Assembly: GCA_022360555.1 (NCBI GenBank) | Contig: JAKSCQ010000179.1 | Location: 1 to 59,644, forward strand | Reading direction: 5' to 3' | Length of the DNA stretch: 59,644 nt | Source of the DNA: Pseudomonadales bacterium | GTDB taxonomy: Bacteria; Pseudomonadota; Gammaproteobacteria; Pseudomonadales; Alcanivoracaceae | In this document: piece by piece, positions 1 through 9,758 of the stretch | How the letters are laid out: the number at the start of each line of letters is the position of its first letter | Numbering within the stretch: the stretch's first letter is position 1 | Notes under the pieces: generated by a model | What the model saw: only the letters and a program-made list of their open reading frames with translations | Told to the model about the DNA's origin: nothing | The model's database searches: none | Position numbers and translations under genes: made by a program

Positions 1-1
1 A

Positions 2-229
2 GCCGCCAATGCTGGCATGGACTGGGCTGTACAAAAGCTGGCCATCGTTGCAACAAAGCAGGAATTCAAATCTGTATTCGAGCAGTACATGCGGGTGCCT
101 CTTGCAGAAAGGATCAGTCAGGATACGTTTAATGATGACCTGAAAAGTATGGGTATCAAGTTTGCGCGAGGTGTAAAGAATCGGTCAGATAATGACCTCT
201 CAAAGCTGTTTGAGCCCAAATTGGGGTGA
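2..229 (+). CDS. 3' part of a hypothetical protein (open from the window start), element gene
   Basis: Frame is open from base 2 through ATG17 to TGA229; no recognisable motif. Confidence 0.45.
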   Translation, partial: AANAGMDWAVQKLAIVATKQEFKSVFEQYMRVPLAERISQDTFNDDLKSMGIKFARGVKNRSDNDLSKLFEPKLG

Positions 230-344
230 AGAATTCACGGTTTACCCCAATTTAGATGGTCTCCCACCCTAATTACCCCAATTTTATTTCCCCTTAAAAA
301 ACAACATATTGCCTCCATACATTAAATCACTTGGAGGCATTCGC

Positions 345-560
345 ATGAATTCCAATGAAGGACTCTGTACCCCCGTTGAAGCATCCCAGATTCTTGGGGT
401 CACGACTCACACCCTCGCCGTATGGCGCTGTGAAAAGCGCTATAACCTTCCCTATGTGAAAGTAGGGCGCCTGGTTCGATATCGGCGCTCTGATATCAGT
501 GCGTTTATTGAGCGCAGCCTGCAGGCAGAGCCTGTGTCTCCTTGCGCATTCCAGGCATAG
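345..560 (+). CDS. Excisionase/AlpA-like HTH DNA-binding protein (HTH_17 type)
   Basis: GGAGG RBS before ATG345; TPVEASQILGV...TLAVWR...LPYVKVGRLVRYRRSDI is a typical excisionase-type winged HTH. Confidence 0.85.
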   Translation: MNSNEGLCTPVEASQILGVTTHTLAVWRCEKRYNLPYVKVGRLVRYRRSDISAFIERSLQAEPVSPCAFQA

Positions 561-568
561 GGGGCGAT

Positions 569-2452
569 ATGACTGCACTCGCTACTCCTCGCCATATGCA
601 GGGGGTGGTTCCCCTGGCCGTTGATTGCCTGAGCGAAGTATTTGAAGACTTGGCCCCCGGCACCTGGGCGTTCATACAAGAAAACCTCTGTGAGCTGGAT
701 CCTGACCAACAAAAGGCCCTTGCTGGTGCCTATGTGGCCACTATCAAGCAATGTCAGGCAGAGAGGCTTGCTGGAGAATACAAAGGGAGTATCGAGGCTA
801 AAGCGAACACTCGGCTTAGGAATTACACCGCCCATTACCAGGTTCATGACCTCTGTTTAACCGGGTCGGATCGAGACCTCAAAGACTTTAGCCGGGAGCG
901 GGCGGCAGAGTGTCGGTCAATTATCCAGACAGAAACGGATGAGGGGCGCTTACTTAGGCGCTTGGCCTGTGTAGTAGAACGATATGGCCTGGAATGGCTG
1001 AAACCGTATTCCTCATTGGAGAGCGGTCCCAATTTATCCCCTTTGTATAACCGTCTCCAGTGTAATCGGTGGTGGATGAGGCGAATTCGCCGTTTGCAGG
1101 CTTTGAGGGTTGAAAAGGTTAAGCGCCGTTTGGGCGATGTTGGCGCAGGTAGGCAGCTGTATTGCTCGAACTGGAATGTGAGGCGCCTGACTCGCGCCAT
1201 AGCTAGGAATGCTCAGACCCTGGCGGGGGTTGAGGCCATTAACGATGATGGCGAGGTATTCTCGCTTGATGAGCTGCAGCAACTAGGGGTGGCAAACCCT
1301 GAGATACGGCGTTCAGAGCTAATGGTTCGGATGCGGGGTTTTGAGGAGGTAGCGGCCAAATATGGTCATATAGGTGAATTCTGGACCTTTACGACCCCTT
1401 CAAGGTTCCACCGCATGAGTAAGGTCAGGAGCTCAAGCACACCTAAGGTATTTAAGAACCCTAATTGGGATGGTTCTTGCCCTGTTGCAGGCCAAGACTG
1501 GTTATCGAATAAATGGGCTGCCATTCGATCAAAATTCGACCGTGAGGGCATCCGTTGCTATGGATTCCGAATTGCCGAGCCCCACCACGATGGCACCCCT
1601 CACTGGCATTTGCTGCTGTTTTTTCACCCTGATGAAGCGGCACAGGCCCGCAAAATTGCCCGGCATTATCTCTGGAAAACCGATTCTCCAAGTGAGCCTG
1701 GTGCATGGCGTCATAGGTTTAACTCAAAAGCCATTGACCCAGAGAAAGGTACAGCCGCCGGGTACCTAGCCAAATACGTCTCCAAGAACATCAATGGGAC
1801 AGGGTTGGGAGACCTGGAAAGTGATGAGGATTGGGCAACCTCACTGGCAGAAAGCGCCAATAGGGTCAGATCCTGGGCCAGTGCCTGGGGCATCCGCCAG
1901 TTTCAGCAGATAGGCGGCCCCTCCGTGACCGTTTGGCGTGAACTTCGGCGTCTGGGGCCAGAGGATGACCAAGTAGATGAAGAAGAGGGCGGAGCACTTT
2001 GGGAGGCGGTTACAGCGGCGGACCAGGGCGATTGGTGTAGCTTTGTGATTGCGATGGGTGGCCCTTCAATCCCCAGGTCTGCCAGACCCCTAAAACCGGC
2101 TTATTGGATTCAGTCCAGACCTATAGGTACAGAGGGGGTAGGGGGTGTACCTATAGGTACCGATACCTCTAGGTACGAACCGACTCAAGAGCCGGTACAA
2201 ACCGGCTCTGTACCTAGGGTTAATGCGGGTTTGGGGTCGGAACATGATGAACCTGAGATACCGGCTTTTATACCCGGTAGGGCTTATACCGAGTATGGGG
2301 ACCTATCAAAGGGCAAGGTGTTTGGGTTGTGGGTATTGGGTAAGCCGGTACTTACCCGGCTCCAGACCTGGATTATCCAGCTGGCCAAAACCTCAGGTTC
2401 AGATTGGGGTTTGAATCAGCGGCGCGAATGCGCCGCCTTGGACTTGTGTTAA
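569..2452 (+). CDS. Replication endonuclease, P2 gpA family (rolling-circle HUH initiator)
   Basis: Motifs FWTFTTPSRFH, EPHHDGTPHWH (HUH), GYLAKYVSKNI (two catalytic Tyr), WGIRQFQQIGG, VWRELRR. Start taken at ATG569. Confidence 0.9.
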   Translation: MTALATPRHMQGVVPLAVDCLSEVFEDLAPGTWAFIQENLCELDPDQQKALAGAYVATIKQCQAERLAGEYKGSIEAKANTRLRNYTAHYQVHDLCLTGSDRDLKDFSRERAAECRSIIQTETDEGRLLRRLACVVERYGLEWLKPYSSLESGPNLSPLYNRLQCNRWWMRRIRRLQALRVEKVKRRLGDVGAGRQLYCSNWNVRRLTRAIARNAQTLAGVEAINDDGEVFSLDELQQLGVANPEIRRSELMVRMRGFEEVAAKYGHIGEFWTFTTPSRFHRMSKVRSSSTPKVFKNPNWDGSCPVAGQDWLSNKWAAIRSKFDREGIRCYGFRIAEPHHDGTPHWHLLLFFHPDEAAQARKIARHYLWKTDSPSEPGAWRHRFNSKAIDPEKGTAAGYLAKYVSKNINGTGLGDLESDEDWATSLAESANRVRSWASAWGIRQFQQIGGPSVTVWRELRRLGPEDDQVDEEEGGALWEAVTAADQGDWCSFVIAMGGPSIPRSARPLKPAYWIQSRPIGTEGVGGVPIGTDTSRYEPTQEPVQTGSVPRVNAGLGSEHDEPEIPAFIPGRAYTEYGDLSKGKVFGLWVLGKPVLTRLQTWIIQLAKTSGSDWGLNQRRECAALDLC

Positions 2453-2462
2453 TAACTGTACG
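2419..2462 (+). promoter_or_regulatory. Putative P2-type rolling-circle origin (nick site) with adjacent hairpin
   Basis: GCGGCGC-GAAT-GCGCCGC hairpin then CCTTG/GACTTGTGTTAATAACTGTACG, resembling the P2 ori CCTCG/GAGTCCTGTCAATAACTGT as recalled. Confidence 0.65.
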
Positions 2463-2476
2463 CCGTAGAGAAGCGA

Positions 2477-5400
2477 TTACTCAAGCCCCTCAAGTATTCT
2501 CCATACCCTGTGATATGTTGCCCCTTTTTCACGATTGCCAAGCGCTTTGCTCCAGCTCTTTTGATCCAGGTCTGCAAGTTCTTGGCGCATCTCTGGAAGA
2601 GAGGTGCTGTTTAATTTTTGGGCAAGAGCGCTTGCTGCCATACGCGGTACTCCAAGCATGCGAAGCGCAATTGCTTCATCGTTGGGTACGCCATAAAAAA
2701 CTCTAGATGCAAGATTGCTTAATGAGTGGAATTCTTCATCGGATAAATCACCACCAGTAATTGACAATAAGGCGCCAAGTCCCCAGGCGGTAGTCTGAGT
2801 TAACTTCCCATAAAGGCTTTGTCCACAAGCTGTCATTGACTCGACTAGGTCTTTATCACCATTCGAAAAATATTCTTTCGCAATCTCAGGTATTGAGTCG
2901 CCACTCACCCAAGCCTTAATAATAGATGCAAGTTTGTTTCCGTCGGGAGATGCTCCACCAGTTGCCGCTTCGAGGTTTTCACGCAATTCAGGAACTCTGA
3001 GAAGGACCCCCATCATTTTTCTTAACTCTTGGCTTTCATTAACGAAAAGCGTTGCTGGGTCCCAGCTATCTTTGTTGAGCCCTTGTTGAGAGGATTCGTA
3101 CATTGCAGAGCGAATGCTCTGTAATGAGAAACCTGTACTATCAACAAGCTTTGTTGGCATTTTGGGGCCGCTTAAATACCCGGCGTATCGACGGACGCCG
3201 TCAAGAAGCCGGTTAGCATTTTGTTTGTCTGAACGGCGTAAACGATCAAAGCCATATGTTCCCCTTAAAACCTTTTCAATTTGATCGGGGAAATTATCTG
3301 GAGATCCTAGTTCGTTATATGTATGGGCTAGATACTGAAGGAATGATGACCATTCTGGGCGGTAGTATACGATGCTCTCTAAGTCATCAATTAGATCGAT
3401 GGCCTCAGAAACAAGCGCTATAAGAGCAGAGTTTAGTTCTCCTACCCCCTCTTTGACATAGCCCTCGAGTTGGCGAGCTTTGTCTTCATTGTCGGCAGCA
3501 ATTGCGACAACCCCAATGTCGCCTTGATCTACTCTTCCGGCTCTTCCTGCAATGTTCCAGAAGTCCTCAAGTGGCATTGGTCCTGAAAGAGGGTAGTGGT
3601 TTGATGCCATTACGACACCGGCAACTGGGAAATTAACACCCTGAGCTAAGGTTGTGGTCGCGACAAGAAAATCGAGCTCTCCTCGTTCGAAAAGCCATTC
3701 CATGAGGGTCCGAGAGTCGTCTGACAAACCGCCATGGTGAACGCCTATTTTATACTCCAAGAGTTCGGCAAGAGGAAAGTTTTCCCCCATCTCTGAACGG
3801 ATGTAATCCTGTACAAGCTTCACGTCTTTAGAAATGGAGTTTGTTTTTGATGTATAGCTTTTGAGGCAATCTGCAAGCGACCATACCCATCGTGGCTGTT
3901 GATGCATTACTATCAACGGGCCTCTGCTGCTCAGAAAGGCTGCGGTTTCGGCAGCTATGACTTTAGGGCAATTGACTTGGCTGAATGTTTTCTTTTTGTC
4001 GCTCTTTGGCGTTATTTTTAAAGTGTCATCAATGAATAGAGTGTTTCTTGATGTGTGGATACTTTTAAAATAAAGGTCGTAATCAAAACTTTTTTTGTTT
4101 AAAGGGCTGCCTTTTATTGGGCTTGAGATTCCAATAACCCTATCATTTGGCTGCCAGTCTAGAGAAAGGCTGATGTCGTCAGAGTTGTCACCGCCAAGCC
4201 ATTGAGCAACTTCCTTTGCGTTCTTAATGAATGGAGTTAAAAGTAAGAATTGCGCATGTTTGCATTCGGAGTTGATGGTGGCCAGCAATAACTCAAGACG
4301 AAGTCCTCTGGTGTAGTCTTGAATACCATGTGCCTCATCTACGACAACTAGGGTCAGAGGTCTTCCGATTGCCTGTTCCCAGTCTTGGCGAAGCATTAAG
4401 TCAAGTTTTTCGGGGGTGGTTACCAATACTTGAAACCCTGACTCATTGGATTTGTTGGTTAACAGATCACTTTCGAAAGAGTCAATTTCAAGAGCTGGGC
4501 TAACTTGCTCAACATTAATTCCGAGCGGTGAAAAATCCTTTCGCAATCGGCGTGTGACTTGTCGAACCAGTGCTCGTGTTGGGGCAAGGTATGCAACCCA
4601 GCCTTCCTCTTTATCAAACTGATTAAGCGCTTGAAGGATTCGAAATTGAGCAATAAGGGTTTTGCCACTTGAGGTTGGCAAACTTAGAACAACAGCCCTT
4701 CTGCTTGAGCCAAGCAGACCCTTTTCTGCTAGTGCTCGACGTTGTGGGGGCAACATGTCAAAAATTGCGTTTTGCCCGCGTCCCCGATTGACTAGTTCAT
4801 TTACGAAGCCCGTTACCCTTGAGTTTACAGCTCTGGTTACTGTCCAGATTGAGTTTTTAACTAACTGAGCTGCAGCAGCCTGGAGAAGCAGTACTGATGA
4901 TTCTAGGTAGTAGAAGCTAGTTGAGCTTATTACTCGAAGCGCTTTGTCGAAATGCATGTCGAGTGCCGGCTGAACATTAAAACTATCTTCATATTCACCA
5001 TTTGTTATATAAAGCGCGAGGATCTCAGCTGCTTTTGCTAGGTGATAAGTGGCAATTAATTTTAATGCATTCTCTTTGGCATATTGGGGTTCTGAATCGT
5101 TTAGATAAGAACTCTCGAATTCTGACTGTAGATTTCGAAGATTAGATACGCCCTCAAGAACCGCATCGCGGTCAGACCAGCCGTCTTTTCTTATCAGCCG
5201 GAGCCATACGTCGATGGTCGTGCACCACGTTTTATCTCCCCAGGAATCACCGATTGATGAAACTTCAGGCCAGCCGCTGTCTTTTAGTTCTCTGGCTGCA
5301 TCTGCACTTAGGTCACCTATTACTGCTAAAGTGCACTTCCTAAGTGTTAGTTCGAGATTTCTTATCGGCTGGTTTCCGAGGGGGAGCACCCTGTAAAGTT

Positions 5401-5632
5401 TATATGCATCAGATGCATTGACTTTTATTTGGTCTGTGTCTTCCTCGGTGAAATGATTCTGGCTGAGTGTCCCTACTACCGCGGTTTCAAGTGCTTCTGC
5501 AGCACTTTCGATGAGGAGTAAATTCGGCGCTTGGTCAGGGTTTCCAAGCTCACCAAGGACTCTAATGCGTGAGGCTGCACTAATAGCCAAAGTACGCAGA
5601 TCACTAATATTGTCGATAAAAGAATTAGTCAT
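2477..5632 (-). CDS. hamB: SF2 DEAD/DEAH (Ski2-like) helicase, Hachiman HamB-like
   Basis: LPTSSGKT Walker A, PTRAL, TTPEK, VVDEAH, HHGG, TTTLAQGVNFP, NIAGRAGR; 1051 aa; start overlaps the upstream nuclease-like gene; lower GC than host. Confidence 0.7.
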   Translation of the reverse strand: MTNSFIDNISDLRTLAISAASRIRVLGELGNPDQAPNLLLIESAAEALETAVVGTLSQNHFTEEDTDQIKVNASDAYKLYRVLPLGNQPIRNLELTLRKCTLAVIGDLSADAARELKDSGWPEVSSIGDSWGDKTWCTTIDVWLRLIRKDGWSDRDAVLEGVSNLRNLQSEFESSYLNDSEPQYAKENALKLIATYHLAKAAEILALYITNGEYEDSFNVQPALDMHFDKALRVISSTSFYYLESSVLLLQAAAAQLVKNSIWTVTRAVNSRVTGFVNELVNRGRGQNAIFDMLPPQRRALAEKGLLGSSRRAVVLSLPTSSGKTLIAQFRILQALNQFDKEEGWVAYLAPTRALVRQVTRRLRKDFSPLGINVEQVSPALEIDSFESDLLTNKSNESGFQVLVTTPEKLDLMLRQDWEQAIGRPLTLVVVDEAHGIQDYTRGLRLELLLATINSECKHAQFLLLTPFIKNAKEVAQWLGGDNSDDISLSLDWQPNDRVIGISSPIKGSPLNKKSFDYDLYFKSIHTSRNTLFIDDTLKITPKSDKKKTFSQVNCPKVIAAETAAFLSSRGPLIVMHQQPRWVWSLADCLKSYTSKTNSISKDVKLVQDYIRSEMGENFPLAELLEYKIGVHHGGLSDDSRTLMEWLFERGELDFLVATTTLAQGVNFPVAGVVMASNHYPLSGPMPLEDFWNIAGRAGRVDQGDIGVVAIAADNEDKARQLEGYVKEGVGELNSALIALVSEAIDLIDDLESIVYYRPEWSSFLQYLAHTYNELGSPDNFPDQIEKVLRGTYGFDRLRRSDKQNANRLLDGVRRYAGYLSGPKMPTKLVDSTGFSLQSIRSAMYESSQQGLNKDSWDPATLFVNESQELRKMMGVLLRVPELRENLEAATGGASPDGNKLASIIKAWVSGDSIPEIAKEYFSNGDKDLVESMTACGQSLYGKLTQTTAWGLGALLSITGGDLSDEEFHSLSNLASRVFYGVPNDEAIALRMLGVPRMAASALAQKLNSTSLPEMRQELADLDQKSWSKALGNREKGATYHRVWRILEGLE

Positions 5633-6407
5633 CTTCTGGCTCGGTCACATAGCTTGGGAGTTCCCCTATGGCGCAAGGGAGGTAGAGCGCTACCAGTTGG
5701 CAATCCGTTGGGTTCGATATTTGCGTAGAGATTGCAGTTGCTCTTCCTGATAAATCAGCTGAATTTGGAGCTGTGTCTCTGATTAAGATGCCATATAAGC
5801 TAAAATCAGTTAGCCCTGATTCAAACAATCTCGAAGTTGCTTCGTTAAAATCCTCTTCAAATTCAGTGCCTTTGCAGCGAGCGAAAAGCCACCTGACAAG
5901 TTGATGGACAATTGAGCGGTCATTAACTACCTCCTCGATCTGCTTGATCATCCCTTTGGCGCCATTCAAGACATTGGGAGGGCTTTGGGCTTGTGAAGAA
6001 CTTTTGACTTCCCCAAAAACAAAATATGCCTGCCCTTGTTCGTCTCTGGCAAAACCGATTAAATCTTTGCCAGGCAGGCTCGCCTTTGGCGTTCTTTTGT
6101 CTCTGTCGTGATGCCAAGGCCAAATAACTTGTTCGTTCAATTCCAGCCAAGCTTCCGCTATAGCCTCACCTATTGCCCATGAGCGTGTTTCAGGAATCTC
6201 CGCCTCAAGTAAAACTGATAGGTTTTCTTCTCCAAACCCCGTACTAGTTAACCCTTTTAAGTGTTCTTCAAATTCAGATGCGAAATCGGCATCTGTTAAC
6301 CTAGGGATTGCCTGGGTTGACATAAATTGATCAAAGCTTTGTGCGGGTTGGAAAGATAGGCCTTTCCAGGATACTTCGTCCTTGGAATCGCTGTAGTGTT
6401 CCTGCAT
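5625..6407 (-). CDS. hamA: PD-(D/E)xK nuclease-like protein, Hachiman HamA-like (DUF1837-like)
   Basis: IGEAIAE...PGKDLIGF...FGEVKSS (E...D...ExK pattern), overlapping the helicase start; family call rests on motif plus context. Confidence 0.6.
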   Translation of the reverse strand: MQEHYSDSKDEVSWKGLSFQPAQSFDQFMSTQAIPRLTDADFASEFEEHLKGLTSTGFGEENLSVLLEAEIPETRSWAIGEAIAEAWLELNEQVIWPWHHDRDKRTPKASLPGKDLIGFARDEQGQAYFVFGEVKSSSQAQSPPNVLNGAKGMIKQIEEVVNDRSIVHQLVRWLFARCKGTEFEEDFNEATSRLFESGLTDFSLYGILIRDTAPNSADLSGRATAISTQISNPTDCQLVALYLPCAIGELPSYVTEPEDD

Positions 6408-6654
6408 TTTTCTTATTGCGTCCTTGCTAATTCACCCTGGGATCGCCTCAAAGTGGCTTTGGCGATCAAAGTTAAGGCCTATATTGAACTAAAGCTTCTT
6501 AAACTGAAATGCTGAGTACGACATGAGAGGAGAAATTAAAAAAAGGGGGAAGTTGTGGATGAAGTGCTAATGTAGCACCAGCGTAGCACTGATTTTTCAA
6601 GCATGTGAGCCTGTCGGTCAGGGGTTCATAACTTGTTGAATATAAAGAATAAAA

Positions 6655-6730
<76 letters not shown>

Positions 6731-6789
6731 ATGCCCGCTGTACGGGGCGGCGCTAGTTTAGCAGGACGCTCCGTACAGGCAAGCACTGA

Positions 6790-8301
6790 TCAAGCCTCCT
6801 GTTTGATCCCCGCCAGCTTGCGGGCGTGCCACTTCTTCTGTTCCACGTCCATGCCACGCAGGATCTGGATGCGCTGGGCCTGGGGGCTGCCGGCGCCGTG
6901 CATGGACTCGGTCAGGTAGCCCACCGCATTGCGGCCCAGGGTCATGTTTTCGATCAGGCGCAGGATGCGCATGCGGTCCTCGGTGGGGATATCGTCGCGG
7001 CCTTTCAGGAAACGGCGGATGATCTCGCCGGCTTCCTGGTTGTCCAGGTCCTGTTCACTGGGCATGGTCACCATGATGCCGCCGGCCAGGTCCTGGGCCA
7101 GGCGCGAGATTTCGTAGGGGAAGCGGGTGACGTTGTGCTTGCACACGTTGGACAGCATGGCGTCGTTCATGAAAATGCCGCTGGGCAGTTGCTTCGCCTC
7201 GTGGGAGCTGGCGATACCGGAGGAGTAGATGGTTTCGTTCAGGTGCACCATTTCCACCAGCTTGTCACGAATATGGCTGACCTTGTCCAGGCCGTTGTAT
7301 TCGGCAATGGAGGCGGCCGCGCCCACCAGCACATCGCCCAGCCCGGTTTTGCACACATAGCTGGCCCGGTGGTAGGCGGTGAAGCGGGCCACCATGTCCT
7401 GGGCGAATTCCTGCTCGCCATCCATGAAGACGTGCTCATGGGGGATGAACACGTCGTCGAAATAGACCAGCACTTCCTGACCGCCGTATTCGGCGTTGCC
7501 CTGGTCGATACTGCCTCCTTCCATGGCGCGGGTGTCACAGCTCTGGCGACCGTAGATGTAGGTAATGCCCTCGGCATCGCCGGGGATCATGCCCACCACG
7601 GCGTAGTCCTTGTCCTCTTCGGTGAGGTTCATGGTGGGCATGACACAGATCCAGTGCTGGTTCCAGCCCCCGGTCATGTGGGCTTTGACGCCTTTCACAT
7701 AGATGCCCTGGTCAGTGCGGCGGGTGACACGCATGAACATGTCCGGATCGCTCTGCTGGGCCGGGCGTTTGCTACGGTCGCCCTTGGGGTCGGTCATGCC
7801 GGCGGCAATCAGGATATTCTTGCGCTGGGCTTCCTTGAGGAAGGCAAGATAACGCGCGTGGTAATCGGTGCCGTGCTTTTCATCGATCTCGTAGGTGATG
7901 GAATGCAGCACGCTGATGGTGTCCAGCCCGGTGCAGCGCTGGAAGCAGGTGCCGGTAATCTGGCCCATGCGACGCTGCATGCGGTTCTTCATGACCAGAT
8001 CGTCCGGGGATTCCACGATATGCAGGAAGCGGTTGACCCGATCCTCGATCAGCGGCGACCAGGCGGTGGCCAGCTCCGGGTCTTCGATGGCGAGGTCATA
8101 GCTGGCGCGCAGGGCATTGATGCTGGGCTTGATGATGGGGTGATCCGCCGGTTCGTCGATCAGCTCGCCGAACAGAAACAGTCGGGTGCCGCGGTTTCGC
8201 AGGCTGGCCAGATAATCCTCACCGGTCTTGATGACCGGGAACCGGTCCCAGCGTGTCTGGGCGCTTTCCTCGCGGCGCGGGGCAGGGGTCGCGGCGTTCA
8301 T
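6790..8301 (-). CDS. 4-hydroxybutyryl-CoA dehydratase / 4-hydroxyphenylacetate 3-hydroxylase family protein
   Basis: GTCFQRC, MTDPKGDRS, YHRASYVCKTG, ESMHGAGSPQAQ; resembles AbfD-type enzymes. Confidence 0.8.
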   Translation of the reverse strand: MNAATPAPRREESAQTRWDRFPVIKTGEDYLASLRNRGTRLFLFGELIDEPADHPIIKPSINALRASYDLAIEDPELATAWSPLIEDRVNRFLHIVESPDDLVMKNRMQRRMGQITGTCFQRCTGLDTISVLHSITYEIDEKHGTDYHARYLAFLKEAQRKNILIAAGMTDPKGDRSKRPAQQSDPDMFMRVTRRTDQGIYVKGVKAHMTGGWNQHWICVMPTMNLTEEDKDYAVVGMIPGDAEGITYIYGRQSCDTRAMEGGSIDQGNAEYGGQEVLVYFDDVFIPHEHVFMDGEQEFAQDMVARFTAYHRASYVCKTGLGDVLVGAAASIAEYNGLDKVSHIRDKLVEMVHLNETIYSSGIASSHEAKQLPSGIFMNDAMLSNVCKHNVTRFPYEISRLAQDLAGGIMVTMPSEQDLDNQEAGEIIRRFLKGRDDIPTEDRMRILRLIENMTLGRNAVGYLTESMHGAGSPQAQRIQILRGMDVEQKKWHARKLAGIKQEA

Positions 8302-8437
8302 GGTGCCTCCTGTAATGCTTCAGGTCGTGACTTGGGGGTCACTCCTGATGGTATACAGGGTGTTGCGCTAGGCAATGACAGAAATGGACGTTGTGCTCTG
8401 CGGTCAAGTCAGGGAGGGTTGTGCGGCCATTGGGGCA

Positions 8438-8520
8438 ACAGTTGCGAGTTACGAGTTTCGAGGAGCGAAAACCTTAAAAGGGTTTGCCTTTCGAAACTCG
8501 CTTCTCGCAACTCGAAACTG
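8438..8520. repeat. Heptamer-periodic inverted repeat (CGAGTTN/CGAGAAG units), copy A
   Basis: cgagtta-cgagttt-cgaggag ... gaaactcg-cttctcg-caactcg; related copies at 22397 and 30173. Confidence 0.7.
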
Positions 8521-8561
8521 TTTCATTCACGGTTCGAGTGTTGAGCCTCTGGCCAGGGAGC

Positions 8562-8990
8562 TTAATCCCGCGCCTTGAACACCAACGATGCCGAATTCAG
8601 GCAGTAGCGCAATCCGGTGGGGGCGGGGCCGTCGGGGAAGACGTGACCCAGATGGCCGTCGCAACGGGCGCAGCGGATTTCCACGCGCACCATGCCATGG
8701 CTGGTGTCGCGCAGTTCGCGGACATGGTCCGGGTCGAACGGTTCGTAGAAGCTGGGCCAGCCGGTGCCGGACTCGAACTTGCTGGTGGCCTTGAACAAAG
8801 GCAGCTCGCACAGCTTGCAGTGGTAGGTACCGTCTTCCTTATTGTCGAGCAGGCCGCCGCAGAAAGGGGGCTCGGTCCCCTGGTTGAGCAGAATGCGCCG
8901 CTCCTCGTCGGTCAGGGACTGGGCCCGCTGTTGTTTCTCCGCGTCACTGAGCGGCGTCAGGTCGTGGCCGCTGGCAGACTGTTGTGCCAT
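8562..8990 (-). CDS. msrB: Peptide-methionine (R)-S-oxide reductase
   Basis: GTEPPF, KFESGTGWPSF, GHLGHVFPDGP, RYCLNS. Confidence 0.95.
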   Translation of the reverse strand: MAQQSASGHDLTPLSDAEKQQRAQSLTDEERRILLNQGTEPPFCGGLLDNKEDGTYHCKLCELPLFKATSKFESGTGWPSFYEPFDPDHVRELRDTSHGMVRVEIRCARCDGHLGHVFPDGPAPTGLRYCLNSASLVFKARD

Positions 8991-8994
8991 TCAG

Positions 8995-9615
8995 TTAGTC
9001 CCCCTTGAGCAAGTCGGGAAAGGCGTGAGCAAGCTTTTCCACTTTGGGTTTGGCCACATGCAGAATGTAGCCCTGGTTGGGATTGTGATGGGCAAAGTTC
9101 TGATGGTAGTCCTCCGCCCGGTAGAAAGCGTCCAGAGGCTCCAGAGTGGTAACGATGGGGGCGGTAAAGGCGCCGGCATTTTCCAGCTGGTGGATATACG
9201 CCTGGGCCACGGCCTTTTCCTCATCGCTCTGGTAGAAGATGGCGGAACGGTACTGAGGCCCCCGGTCATTGCCTTGCTGGTCTTTCTGGGTGGGATCGTG
9301 GGCAACGGAAAAGAACACCTTCAGTAGCTGGCCATAGCTGATGGCCTGACTGTCGTATTCGATTTCCACCACCTCGGCATGGCCGGTGGTGCCGGTGCAG
9401 ACCGCTTCGTAGCTGGCATGGTCGGCGTCGCCGCCGGCATAGCCGGAAGTCACGGCCAGTACGCCGTCCAGATTCAGGTAGACTGCTTCCACACACCAGA
9501 AACAGCCGCCGGCCAGTACGGCCTTGCGTACACCGTTTGCGGGCAGGTCATCCACCGGGTCCGGGAAGCGCTCCGGGTGAATGGCCAGGGATGTACCGGG
9601 TATCACTGCACTCAT
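8995..9615 (-). CDS. msrA: Peptide-methionine (S)-S-oxide reductase
   Basis: GGCFWC, GHAEVV, QYRSAIF, AEDYHQ; start at ATG9615. Confidence 0.95.
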   Translation of the reverse strand: MSAVIPGTSLAIHPERFPDPVDDLPANGVRKAVLAGGCFWCVEAVYLNLDGVLAVTSGYAGGDADHASYEAVCTGTTGHAEVVEIEYDSQAISYGQLLKVFFSVAHDPTQKDQQGNDRGPQYRSAIFYQSDEEKAVAQAYIHQLENAGAFTAPIVTTLEPLDAFYRAEDYHQNFAHHNPNQGYILHVAKPKVEKLAHAFPDLLKGD

Positions 9616-9758
9616 GGGGTCCTCCGCGAGTTCAGAAGGCCCCGGCTTGTGGCCGGGGGCGCTTGCTGGCCTGAAAACGTGCCGTTGGAGCTTTGCTCGC
9701 AAAGCGAAGCTTCAGGTTACCTTTCGCCTTGCAAGCAAGGCTCCAACAGCGGCTTGGG

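Larger units (their letters stand above)
1..6654. mobile_element. Integrative/satellite-like element next to the tRNA-Thr 3' end (other end outside the window)
   Basis: HTH + gpA Rep + defence cargo, lower GC, ends at the tRNA CCA; GTAGCAC direct repeats at 6572-6578 and 6583-6589 look like integrase arm sites. Confidence 0.7.

Noticed and set aside
6826-8544. 572-aa plus-strand ORF and similar long antisense ORFs (e.g. 16796-18256, 26558-27943, 37420-38745, 51394-52413)
   Set aside because: Shadow frames opposite well-supported genes in GC-rich DNA; no motifs.
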